This document shows positions 17,332 to 26,081 of a DNA stretch of 28,783 nt, piece by piece. The notes beneath the pieces are model-generated. The model worked only from the letters and a program-made list of their open reading frames with translations, was not told where the DNA came from and ran no database searches. Numbering within the stretch: position 1 is the stretch's first letter; the number at the start of each line of letters is the position of its first letter. The stretch spans positions 1 through 28,783 of the forward strand of contig BTUM01000094.1 in the NCBI GenBank assembly GCA_045863235.1, in the 5' to 3' direction. Both the position numbers and the translations under genes were made by a program. The stretch comes from Candidatus Xenobia bacterium (GTDB lineage Bacteria > Vulcanimicrobiota > Xenobia > Xenobiales > QWHO01).

Positions 17332-19356
17332 ATGAAGATCACGCCGCAAGAAATTCAGGCCCGTCTGGTCGCCACTCGCCCCGAGGCCGACTGCCTGCAG
17401 AGCAAGATGGGCGAGCACCTGGAGGGCGAGGTGCTGGTCAAGCTGCCGGATACCGCCGACGTGGCCGAGCTGGGCCAGGACTACGGGCTGCAGGTGCTCG
17501 AGACGATCAAGTTCTCGGGCGAGATGCAGAAGAACTTCAACGGCAAGCTGGTGCACGCACGCCTGCCCGAGGGAATCTCCACCGCCCAGGGGATCGCCCT
17601 GCTCGAGAAGGACCCTCGCGTGATCTACGCCGATGCCAACGACGTGGTCGAGCGCCAAGCCACCCCGGACGATCTGCACCCCCAGCTCTGGGGGCTCAAG
17701 AAGATCGAGGCCGAGGCGGCCTGGGACACGGTCAAGGGCAGCCGCAACGGACCCATCGTGGCCGTCATCGACAGCGGCATCGATCAAGATCACCCCGACC
17801 TGGTGGCCAACCTCTGGACCAATCCTCGCGAGACCGCTGACGGCCGAGATAACGACGACAACGACATCGTGGACGACCTGCACGGCTACAACGCCATCAA
17901 CGGCAGCGGCAGCCCGGAGGACGACAACTCTCACGGCACCCACTGCGCCGGCACCATCGCGGGCGTGGGCAACAACGGCCTGGGCGTGGTGGGGGTGAAC
18001 TGGGAAGGCCAGATCCTGGCCGGCAAGTTCCTCTCGGACAAGGGCAAGGGAGCCATCTCCAACGCCGTCAAGGTGGTGGGCTACGCCAGCGCCCAGGGGG
18101 CGCGCATCCAGAGCCATTCCTGGGGCCACACCGGCAGCTGGGGCAACCGGGCCCTGGAGGACGCCATGCGCTCCTCGCCCTCGCTGCACATCTGCGCGGC
18201 CGGCAACGACGGCAAGGATGTCGACGCCGAGCCGCACTACCCATCCAGCTTCGGCCTGGACAACATCGTCAGCGTGGCGGCCAGCGACTGGTCCGACCAG
18301 CTGGCCAGCTTCTCCAACTACGGCGCGGTGGGCGTGGACCTGGCCGCTCCCGGGGTGGGCATCTACTCCACCACTCCGGGCAGCTATGGCAGCATGTCGG
18401 GCACCTCCATGGCCACCCCGCATGTCAGCGGCGTGGCCGCCCTGATCGCCACTGCTCAGCCCAACGCCAGTAACGATCAGATCAAGCGCCGCCTGATGGC
18501 CAGCGTGGACGTGGTGGACTCGCTGGCGGGCACCTCCCAGACGGGGGGACGCCTCAACGCCCGCAAGGCGGTGGAATCTGACAGTGTGGCTCCCGGGGCG
18601 CTGGGGAGTTTCCGCGTGAGCGCCCGGGCCACCGGCGAGATGCAGCTTGGCTGGATCGCCACCGGCGACGACGGCAACCAGGGTCGGGCTTCGAGTTATC
18701 AGCTTCGCAGCAGCCCCAACCCCATCGACGAGGGCAACTTCGAGTCGCTGCCGGTGATGCGCACCGGCATGCCGGCCGAGGCCGGTCAGGCCGAGACCCG
18801 GCCCTCGCTGGCCTTCCCCGAGACGGGCGACCGCACCATGCACTTTGCCATGCGGGCGGTGGACAACGTGGGCAACCGCTCCCCGCTGGCCCGAACGTCG
18901 GTGGTCATCCCGGGCACTCGGGTGGCTTTCGACGACAGCATGGACGGCTTTTCGAACCGCTGGAGCGGCGAGGGCTGGGGGCGCGTCTCCATCGAGGGAC
19001 GGGGCAAGGTCTGGACCGACTCGCCCTCGGGCGACTATGAGCACGGCGCCAACCGCGCCCTGACCTCACCCTCCATCTCGCTGGCCGGGGTGACCGGCGC
19101 GGCCGTGACCTTCGACTACAAGCACGACCTGGAGAACCGCTTCGACAAGGTGGCTCTGGAGGTTTCCTCCGACGGCCAGAACTGGACCGGCCTGCAGGAG
19201 TTCACGGGCAAGAAAATGTGGGAGCGCGCCCGGGTGGACCTGTCGGCTTACGACGGGCAGAGCATCCAGCTGCGCTTCCGCCTGACCACCGACAACGCGG
19301 TGGCCAGGGACGGGTTTTACCTCGACCGCGTGGTGGTGGCGGGCTCGCAGAAGTAG
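17332..19356 (+). CDS. Subtilisin-like S8 serine protease with prodomain and C-terminal FN3-like and jelly-roll domains
   Basis: Catalytic triad VAVIDSG / HGTHCAG / GTSMATPHV; AAGN oxyanion motif; no hydrophobic signal peptide. Confidence 0.93.
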   Translation: MKITPQEIQARLVATRPEADCLQSKMGEHLEGEVLVKLPDTADVAELGQDYGLQVLETIKFSGEMQKNFNGKLVHARLPEGISTAQGIALLEKDPRVIYADANDVVERQATPDDLHPQLWGLKKIEAEAAWDTVKGSRNGPIVAVIDSGIDQDHPDLVANLWTNPRETADGRDNDDNDIVDDLHGYNAINGSGSPEDDNSHGTHCAGTIAGVGNNGLGVVGVNWEGQILAGKFLSDKGKGAISNAVKVVGYASAQGARIQSHSWGHTGSWGNRALEDAMRSSPSLHICAAGNDGKDVDAEPHYPSSFGLDNIVSVAASDWSDQLASFSNYGAVGVDLAAPGVGIYSTTPGSYGSMSGTSMATPHVSGVAALIATAQPNASNDQIKRRLMASVDVVDSLAGTSQTGGRLNARKAVESDSVAPGALGSFRVSARATGEMQLGWIATGDDGNQGRASSYQLRSSPNPIDEGNFESLPVMRTGMPAEAGQAETRPSLAFPETGDRTMHFAMRAVDNVGNRSPLARTSVVIPGTRVAFDDSMDGFSNRWSGEGWGRVSIEGRGKVWTDSPSGDYEHGANRALTSPSISLAGVTGAAVTFDYKHDLENRFDKVALEVSSDGQNWTGLQEFTGKKMWERARVDLSAYDGQSIQLRFRLTTDNAVARDGFYLDRVVVAGSQK

Positions 19357-19367
19357 CGCGCCAGTCT

Positions 19368-19411
19368 GTGTCAGTTCCCGGCGTGACACGTGTGTCGGCT
19401 CCTGTCAGCTC
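19368..19411. repeat. Intergenic TGTCARCTC-type repeat element, copy 1
   Basis: GTGTCAGTTC, GTGTCGGCTC, CTGTCAGCTC and GACAC-nn-GTGTC palindrome. Confidence 0.55.
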
Positions 19412-19438
19412 CCCGGGCGACGTCGCTCCGGGAAGCCC

Positions 19439-19762
19439 TCAGACCGGTGGCTCCGACTCCGCGTCGAGCACCTTGAGCCAGTAGCTGGCCACCTGGGTGG
19501 CAGGATCGCCAGCCAGCGCCAGGTTGGGCAGGGTCAGCGACAACACCGGTCGGCCGGGCTCCCCCGCAGCGGGCTCCGGGGGTGGGCCCTCGTCGCTCGA
19601 GAGCTCCAGCGTGTCCTCCTGGAAGAGAGGACTCTCACGCTTGCGCCGTCTTCGCCGGCGCCGGCCTTCCTCGGGATGATGATGATCGGCGTAGAGATCC
19701 GACTCCAGCATGCGATGCAAACGCATCTGGTAGGCACTGCTGCCCAGATCCACGGCCCCCAC
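19439..19762 (-). CDS. Small hypothetical protein with poly-Arg tract
   Basis: 107 aa; AAAGG RBS; HHHPEEGRRRRRRRKR, then EDTLELSS and a Pro-rich linker. Confidence 0.55.
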   Translation of the reverse strand: MGAVDLGSSAYQMRLHRMLESDLYADHHHPEEGRRRRRRRKRESPLFQEDTLELSSDEGPPPEPAAGEPGRPVLSLTLPNLALAGDPATQVASYWLKVLDAESEPPV

Positions 19763-20100
19763 CTGCCTTTACGAACAAACGTTCCCATGGGCAGAATAGC
19801 ACGAAAAGAATGGCTTGTCTACAGGGATCCGCTGCAAAGAGCTTACAGGATGGTTGTTCTAGCCTTCCACCAGACCTCAAGCGCTCTGAAGATGCGGGAG
19901 TTTCACCTGAAAGGAGACCGCCCCTTTCCGCCCGTGCGTGACCACGCCACAAGAAAGGCAGCCTGGCCGCTGGCGCGAGCCAGAGCGACAAGGTGCTGAT
20001 CGTGGCCCGGGGTAGCCCGGCTGGAGAGCGCCAACAATGAGAGCAAGCAGCTCCCAGCAGGCTGAGGAGCCGCGTCAAACGATTCAGGACCCGTGGGTGC

Positions 20101-20709
20101 TCAGGAGGTCGAAGACTCCAGGCTCGCCAGCTCGGTGCGGAGCTCCCGAAGCCAGGCCAGCCAGTCGAGACTTCGCTTGGCGACCAGGCGCTCGTCGAGC
20201 CAGTCTCGGGTCAGGGGCAGGAAGGCGCTCCGGTCCACGGCGTGGTAACGGCCTGCCTGCAGCCGGTAAAGTTGCACCCCGGCCTGCGAGCACCGCCAGA
20301 CCTCGCTGACACCCAGCTCGGCAAAAATCGCAAGCTTGTCCAGGGCCGAGCGGCTGATCTCGACCTCGATGGCCAGATCGGGCGCGTGAACGTTCGGGTC
20401 GCGACCCACCTCTCCAAACATGAAGGAAGCGTCCGGCTCGGCGCCTTTCTGGAGATCGCTGCGACGCTGGGTCGTCGAGCGCAGCGGACGAAATGGAACT
20501 TCGAAGCGCTCGCAGGCCGCCTGCACGACCGTCTCCAGCGCGTGAGCAAGCTCTTCATGCTCGGCCGATGGGCTCATGATCTCAAGCATCCCCTCAGAGA
20601 AAGTAAAGCGGGGCGAGCTTCGGTCTTCATGCTGGCGCAAGAGAGCCTCGTAAGTCTCCCAGCGGCATGGATTCAAGACGACTCTTTGCTCCCAGGTCGT
20701 GTCGAGCAC
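20101..20709 (-). CDS. Uma2-family (PD-(D/E)xK) putative endonuclease
   Basis: WETYEAL...GMLEIMSPSAEHE...GAEPDASF...PDLAIEVEIS...DKLAIFAELGVSEVW. Confidence 0.9.
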   Translation of the reverse strand: MLDTTWEQRVVLNPCRWETYEALLRQHEDRSSPRFTFSEGMLEIMSPSAEHEELAHALETVVQAACERFEVPFRPLRSTTQRRSDLQKGAEPDASFMFGEVGRDPNVHAPDLAIEVEISRSALDKLAIFAELGVSEVWRCSQAGVQLYRLQAGRYHAVDRSAFLPLTRDWLDERLVAKRSLDWLAWLRELRTELASLESSTS

Positions 20710-20812
20710 AGTTGACTGATTCGACCCGCCCTTCCCGGGTCCCTTGAACGGCGGGCGCGGGCGGTCGGCATACCGAGCGGGCGCGATGGGGCCGCAGCTA
20801 CCCGTGCAGCCC

Positions 20813-20852
20813 GTGTCAGGTCCCAGAGAGCGACGACACAGGTGTCAGCCCC
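20813..20852. repeat. Intergenic TGTCARCTC-type repeat element, copy 2
   Basis: GTGTCAGGTCCCAGAG...GACAC-ag-GTGTCAGCCCC, colinear with copy 1. Confidence 0.55.
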
Positions 20853-21035
20853 GATCCGGGAGTGGCACACGTACAGACACTGGCGATCGTCGCGGCAAGG
20901 CCGGTCTATTGGCGATGGTTGCCAGGTGAACGCGACGGATCCCTTGTGGTAGCTCTGTATGGACCCAACCCAGGGCGGAGGAGCTCGAGCAACTCCTCGC
21001 AAAGTCACTCGGCAACTGCCCGAAAGGAGTTCCCG

Positions 21036-21890
21036 GTGACCGCTCGCACCCTGGTGCAACCGCTCTTCGACGGCCCGGTCGACATCGTCGGAGACGTCCA
21101 CGGCTGCCTCGAAGAGCTGCGCATCCTGATGGGCCACCTCGGCTACGACGCGAGCGGCACTCACCCGGAGGGCCGCCGCCTGGTCTTCCTGGGCGACCTC
21201 ACCGACCGCGGCCCGGACAACGAAGGTGTGGTGCGGCTGGTGAAAGGTCTCGTGGAAGGCTGGGCTCAGTGTATCCTGGGCAACCACGAATTCAACCTTC
21301 TCCTCAGGTCGAGAAAGCCCGAGAACGGCTGGTTCTTCGGCGAGCCCCGCGAGGGGGAGAAGGCTGCCGACGAGGCCGTCCGCGCGATGGTGCTCGAGTT
21401 CTTTGCCACCCTGCCTCTCGCCCTCGAGCGTCCTGATCTGCGCGTCATCCACGCCTGCTGGGAGGAGAAGATGCTGGCCCTGGCTCGCCAGGCCACCTGC
21501 GCCCTGACTCTCCACGACGAGCAAAGGCAGGCCATCGAGCGTTCCTTCGAGGGGCGCAGTCTGGACAGAATCGATCAGGGCCTGGAGCGCCAGAACAAGA
21601 ATCCCGTCAAGCTCCTGATCTCCGGTCCCGAGGCGCGGGTGGCCGTGCCCTTCGTGGCCGGGGGCAAGGAGCGCTGGGAGGACCGGGTGCGCTGGTGGGA
21701 GGACTACCAGCCCGAAACACGCTGCATCTTCGGGCACTATGCGCTGAAGCGCAGTCAGCACCGTTCGACGCGGCGAGCGGTGTGCATCGACTTCGGGCTC
21801 TGCTACCGGGGCGAGGACCGGGCCCTCGCGGCGGCGCGCTTTCCCGAGAAGCAGCTCATCTTCCACGATGGGCAGCGGCAGGCGCTCTGA
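21036..21890 (+). CDS. Calcineurin-like metallophosphoesterase (PrpE/ApaH/Ser-Thr phosphatase type)
   Basis: GDVHGC, GDLTDRGPD, LGNHE, FGHY, CIDFG motifs; AAAGGAG RBS before GTG 21036. Confidence 0.9.
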   Translation: MTARTLVQPLFDGPVDIVGDVHGCLEELRILMGHLGYDASGTHPEGRRLVFLGDLTDRGPDNEGVVRLVKGLVEGWAQCILGNHEFNLLLRSRKPENGWFFGEPREGEKAADEAVRAMVLEFFATLPLALERPDLRVIHACWEEKMLALARQATCALTLHDEQRQAIERSFEGRSLDRIDQGLERQNKNPVKLLISGPEARVAVPFVAGGKERWEDRVRWWEDYQPETRCIFGHYALKRSQHRSTRRAVCIDFGLCYRGEDRALAAARFPEKQLIFHDGQRQAL

Positions 21891-21944
21891 ACAGGCAGCC
21901 GCCCTATGTGAACGAGATCTCTGGCGGGTATCGCTATGCGTCGG

Positions 21945-21996
21945 GAGTTGACACGCTCGGTGTCAGCTCATGAGCAGACGCACAAGCTGTCAACTC
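21945..21996. repeat. Intergenic TGTCARCTC-type repeat element, copy 3 (hairpin between convergent genes)
   Basis: GAGTTGACAC-N5-GTGTCAGCTC, plus CTGTCAACTC at 21987. Confidence 0.55.
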
Positions 21997-22063
21997 GGGC
22001 GGGTATCCCTGGTCGAAGCCTGTCGACAATCAGGACCTCGCGCGACATGGGATCGCGGTCCCA

Positions 22064-22963
22064 TCAGCCCTCCAACTCGCCTCGCAGGGTCAAAGCCAGC
22101 CCCTCCACCATGCGGGCGAAGGGCTCGTAGGTCAGCTTCTCCCAGGTGTCGCTCAGCTCGTGGTAGTGGTCATAGCGGTAGAACACCGTGTCCGTGACCA
22201 TCACGGCGGGAATGCCGGCGGCCCAGAAGCTGGCGTGATCGGACATGCCCATGCCGGCTTCCAGCAGGAAGCTCTCGCTGAAGTCGGTGGCGGCCACGCC
22301 CAGGCTGGGGAAGGCCACCCGCTCGCGCCAGCGGCCCACCAGGCGTTGAACCAGCGGGGCTGACATCGAGTTGCCCACGAAGGCCACGAAGTCGCCCACG
22401 TCCGGCACTCCGGGGAAGGGGGCGCGCTGGGAGTCGGGCTCGGAAACGTAGTAACCCACCGTCTCCAGGCACACCATGAAGCGGACCTCAAAGGGAGCCA
22501 GCTGGCGCACGTAGCGCACGCTCCCCATCTCCTCGGTGCGGTAGAAGGGTGGCTCCTCGTTAGGAAAGAGCACGAAGCGCAGCCCCTCCACCCCCGCCAG
22601 CAGGCGGGCCAGCTCCAACACGGCCGCCACTCCGCTGGCGTTGTCGTTGGCCCCGGGGCAGTCGAGCACCGAGTCGTAGTGAGCCCCCACCACCACATAC
22701 GGGCCCGGACCTGTGCCTGCTTCCAGGTTGTGAAACAGAGCCCCCTCGGCCTCGAAGCTGAGCCGATTGACCCGGTAGCCGCAGCCTTCGAGCTGGCCCT
22801 GCAGGTACTCGACCGTGGCCTCCAGGGCAGGATAAAAGCTCAGATTGCGAGGGCCGATGGTCTCAGCCAGATGCCGCACGTGCGCCTGAAGGCGCTCGCG
22901 GATCTCCGGAGCGGCCGGGGGCGGGTCTCCGTGCCAGGAGACCCCGGGCATGGGGGCGAGCAC
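22064..22963 (-). CDS. M28 family metallopeptidase
   Basis: VVVGAHYDS, PGANDNASG, NEEPP, SDHASF, YHELSDT; starts 1 nt after the M64 stop. Confidence 0.92.
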   Translation of the reverse strand: MLAPMPGVSWHGDPPPAAPEIRERLQAHVRHLAETIGPRNLSFYPALEATVEYLQGQLEGCGYRVNRLSFEAEGALFHNLEAGTGPGPYVVVGAHYDSVLDCPGANDNASGVAAVLELARLLAGVEGLRFVLFPNEEPPFYRTEEMGSVRYVRQLAPFEVRFMVCLETVGYYVSEPDSQRAPFPGVPDVGDFVAFVGNSMSAPLVQRLVGRWRERVAFPSLGVAATDFSESFLLEAGMGMSDHASFWAAGIPAVMVTDTVFYRYDHYHELSDTWEKLTYEPFARMVEGLALTLRGELEG

Positions 22964-22964
22964 T

Positions 22965-24596
22965 TCAGGCCGGGCAGACCCGGAAGTCCATCTGGCCGTC
23001 GAAGTCGGAGTTGTAGACCCGCACTTCCGGGGTGCGGAACTCGACCTTCACGCGGTACTTGCCGCCCTGCTCAGGCTGGAACTTGCGCTGGTTGGCATAC
23101 TGCAAGAGCTCCTGCTCGTTGCCCTCCTCGTCCACCTGGAACCAGCGCACCCCCACGCCTTCCAGCGGCGGGGTTCGCACGCTGACCTCCTGGCGGCCGT
23201 CCGAGTTGGTGCTCACGTCCACTCCATCCACCAGATTGATGCGGCTCATGAACTTGTGCCACATGTTCTCGCGATCCACCGGGCAGAACTCGGTCGAGCG
23301 CATGTCCCGCATCAGGCAGTCGCCGTGGGTAGGCCGATAGCCGGCCATCCGCTCGGTGTAGTCGAAGCTGGGAAAGGCTCCCACCTTGCCCGGGGTAAAA
23401 TCATAGTCAGCATCGTACAGGTTGACCCGCAGCGAGCCGAGCACGTTGTCGCCGTCGAACACTTTCTCCTGGAAGGTGATGGTGTGACGGCCCGGCTCCA
23501 GAGTGGGGGGCTCGACAGGCTTGAAGAAGCTGCGATCATCGGTGTGCAGGCCCGCGTAAGGCAGGGGTTTGCCGTCGAGCAGGATCTCTACGTCCTCGGG
23601 CGTGTCCCAGCCCACGGCGCTGATGTGGACATCCAGCCGCGAGGGCTTGTTCTCGGGGTTCTCGGGCACGTTGAAACGATAGGAGACCGGACCTTCGGCC
23701 AGGTTCTGCCAGGGGTAGTCGCCCACCAGCGCTTTGCCGTGCTCGGGCTTGAGATCACCGGTCAGCCAGTGCTTCCAGGGCACGTCCGGGGTGGAGGAGT
23801 GATTGGCGCCCCAGTAAACCTGGCCTCCGTCATACTCCTCGCCCACGTTGCCGAAATTGTGGCCCAACTCGTGGCGCAGCACCATGGTGCCGCTCTCGGG
23901 CGAGCGGGTGGTGATGGCATAACGTCCCCCAAGCCCCCCGTAATAGTTGTCGTTGGCGATCAGGATAGGATAGTCCGTGGCCGGAGCCAGAGCGATGGCT
24001 CGCTCGCAGGCTCGCCGGTCGCCTGGCATGATAGCTCGCTTGGAGCCTTCCGGTGAGCGATAGAGCTTGAGAGCTGTGTCTTTCTGGTCGCCGTCGCTCA
24101 GGCCCGACTCGTTGGAAGGCACGAAGACCGCGTGCACGTTGAAAAGAGGCAGATAACTGGCAAAGGTCTGACCCTGGAACATGTCGTCCGTGATCCGCTT
24201 TGCGTCCTCGAAGAAACGCTCTTTCTCCTCGACCGTGTAGCCGTCGCCCACGATGGTCAGGTTGATGCGGTTGTTGAGGGGGCCCTGATTGACCAGGGTG
24301 CGGACCTCCGAGCCGGGCCAGGCCTGCTGAGGATCTTTGAGGGCTTCTACTGCTGAGAGGGGCTTGACCGAGGCACGATACTCCCGGGGCAGGGCTTTGT
24401 CAGAGTAGAGCACCTCCTCGAACAGCTCCTGGCTGGTCTGGGTCTCTTCGTCGAGGTGAGCGGGAAGCGAGCGGAGGACGACCTTGTCCTGCTTGATCTG
24501 CTTGTCCTCGGGCTCCACCGAGAGAACCTGCACGTCGTCGCCGTCGCGATATTGCTGCACTCGCCAGGAGGGGGGAGGGTTGGTCTTCACGTTCAT
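22965..24596 (-). CDS. M64 (IgA-peptidase-like) zinc metallopeptidase
   Basis: RINLTIVGDGYT, FNVHAVFVPSNESG, YYGGLGG, HELGHNFGNVGEEY, CLMR...FCPV; no signal peptide. Confidence 0.88.
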   Translation of the reverse strand: MNVKTNPPPSWRVQQYRDGDDVQVLSVEPEDKQIKQDKVVLRSLPAHLDEETQTSQELFEEVLYSDKALPREYRASVKPLSAVEALKDPQQAWPGSEVRTLVNQGPLNNRINLTIVGDGYTVEEKERFFEDAKRITDDMFQGQTFASYLPLFNVHAVFVPSNESGLSDGDQKDTALKLYRSPEGSKRAIMPGDRRACERAIALAPATDYPILIANDNYYGGLGGRYAITTRSPESGTMVLRHELGHNFGNVGEEYDGGQVYWGANHSSTPDVPWKHWLTGDLKPEHGKALVGDYPWQNLAEGPVSYRFNVPENPENKPSRLDVHISAVGWDTPEDVEILLDGKPLPYAGLHTDDRSFFKPVEPPTLEPGRHTITFQEKVFDGDNVLGSLRVNLYDADYDFTPGKVGAFPSFDYTERMAGYRPTHGDCLMRDMRSTEFCPVDRENMWHKFMSRINLVDGVDVSTNSDGRQEVSVRTPPLEGVGVRWFQVDEEGNEQELLQYANQRKFQPEQGGKYRVKVEFRTPEVRVYNSDFDGQMDFRVCPA

Positions 24597-24699
24597 AGCT
24601 TCCCGAGCTTATCAGGGAGACATCCCGAACGGGTGAACGGTAAGTTACTTTGTAACCAACGAAGGTCCGGGCCCCTCGGGGGAGAACTTGCGCCCCCTC

Positions 24700-25926
24700 A
24701 TGGGCCACCCCATCGGTATCGACGCCACCCCCAAGGAGCGCAAGGGCGCTCTGGTGACGCTGTTTTTCACCATCTTCATCTCGCTCATCGGCTTTGGCAT
24801 CATCATCCCCCTCTTGCCCACCTACGGCCAGCAGATGGGGGCCACGCCCTGGGAGATCGGCTGGCTGTTCGCCTCCTACTCGCTGGCCCAACTGCTGGCC
24901 GCTCCCATTCTGGGCGATTTGAGCGACCGCTGGGGGCGCCGGCCGGTGATGATCGCAAGTCTGCTGGGCACAGCCCTCAGCTTCGTGCTGCTAGCCCGGG
25001 CCCAGAGCCTCCAGATGCTGTTCGTGGCCCGCATCCTGGACGGGCTTTCGGGGGGCAACATCTCGGCCGCCCGGGCCTACATCGCCGACATCACCGAGCC
25101 GCAGAACCGGGCCCGGGCCTTCGGCCTGATCGGGGTGGCTTTCGGTCTGGGCTTCGTACTGGGGCCGGCCCTGGGAGGACTGTTCTTCCAGATTCACCTC
25201 TCCGCCCCCGCCTGGCTGGCGGCCGCCCTCTCCCTGGTGGCCACCGGCATGGCCTTCTTCCTTCTGCCCGAGACGCGCCACGCTACCAGCGCCCGACGAC
25301 CCCCTTTCTGGGCCTCCCTGCCCACCGTGCTGAGCCAGCCCGCGCTGGCCTATCTCATGCTGGTCGACTTCATGATCTGGGCCTCGCTCTCGGTTTACCA
25401 GACCACCTTCCCCCTGTTCGCAGAGCGCCGCTTTCACTGGGATCCGGGGCAAATCGGCCTGGTGCTGGCCGGGGTGGGGCTGATCGGAGCCTTCGTTCAG
25501 GGCGGCCTGGTGGGCCGCCTGGTGGCCCGCCTGGGCGAGAAGCGCGTGCTGATCCTCGGCCTGTCCCTGGGCTCGGTTTCCCTGATTCTGGCCTCGGTAT
25601 CCCAGCAACCGGTTCTGTTCCTGATGTTCCTGGCTCCGGCTGTGGCCGCGAGCGGGCTGGTCTCTCCCAGCCTGGTGGCCATGGTCAGCCAGGCCGCCCG
25701 GGCCGACGAGCAGGGAAGGGTGCAGGGGGCGGCCAGTGCCATCGAGGGTCTCGGTCGCGCCACCGGCCCGGTCTGGGGCAACGGGCTCTTGCAGGCGCGC
25801 GGCGAGGGCGCCTCCTACCTGTCGGCAGGGCTGGTTTTACTGTTGACGGCCCTGTTGGCCATGGCCATCAAGCCCGCCCGGATCGAGCAAGCTGGCGCCG
25901 GTTTGACGCCGGATGGCGGGGGCTGA
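24700..25926 (+). CDS. MFS drug:H+ antiporter (DHA1/TetA-like)
   Basis: About 12 TM; motif A GDLSDRWGRRPV, motif B ARILDG, motif C GFVLGPALGG; alternative start TTG 24688. Confidence 0.92.
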   Translation: MGHPIGIDATPKERKGALVTLFFTIFISLIGFGIIIPLLPTYGQQMGATPWEIGWLFASYSLAQLLAAPILGDLSDRWGRRPVMIASLLGTALSFVLLARAQSLQMLFVARILDGLSGGNISAARAYIADITEPQNRARAFGLIGVAFGLGFVLGPALGGLFFQIHLSAPAWLAAALSLVATGMAFFLLPETRHATSARRPPFWASLPTVLSQPALAYLMLVDFMIWASLSVYQTTFPLFAERRFHWDPGQIGLVLAGVGLIGAFVQGGLVGRLVARLGEKRVLILGLSLGSVSLILASVSQQPVLFLMFLAPAVAASGLVSPSLVAMVSQAARADEQGRVQGAASAIEGLGRATGPVWGNGLLQARGEGASYLSAGLVLLLTALLAMAIKPARIEQAGAGLTPDGGG

Positions 25927-26081
25927 GCGATGAGCAAATGGTAACCTTTGTAACAGAATCTTAATGCTTTCGACGCTTACTCCCGAACGGCATTGGGAGT
26001 ATGCTAGGTTCAGCACAACCAGCCCATGGCGATCGGGCGCGAAGCAGGCGACCCGCAGAAGCGAAGGGGGAACCGCATCCG

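Noticed and set aside
17287..19044. 585-aa antisense ORF and similar long antisense ORFs (986..2050, 12253..13521, 14895..15815, 20673..21866, 22950..24056)
   Set aside because: Typical high-GC shadow ORFs opposite genes with clear family motifs
20101..21890. Uma2 nuclease plus phosphoesterase as an anti-phage defence operon
   Set aside because: Divergent, 326 bp apart, no other defence genes; Uma2 paralogues are commonly scattered singly
24700..25926. Calling the MFS tetA (tetracycline resistance)
   Set aside because: Only family-level DHA1 motifs, no adjacent tetR; substrate cannot be inferred
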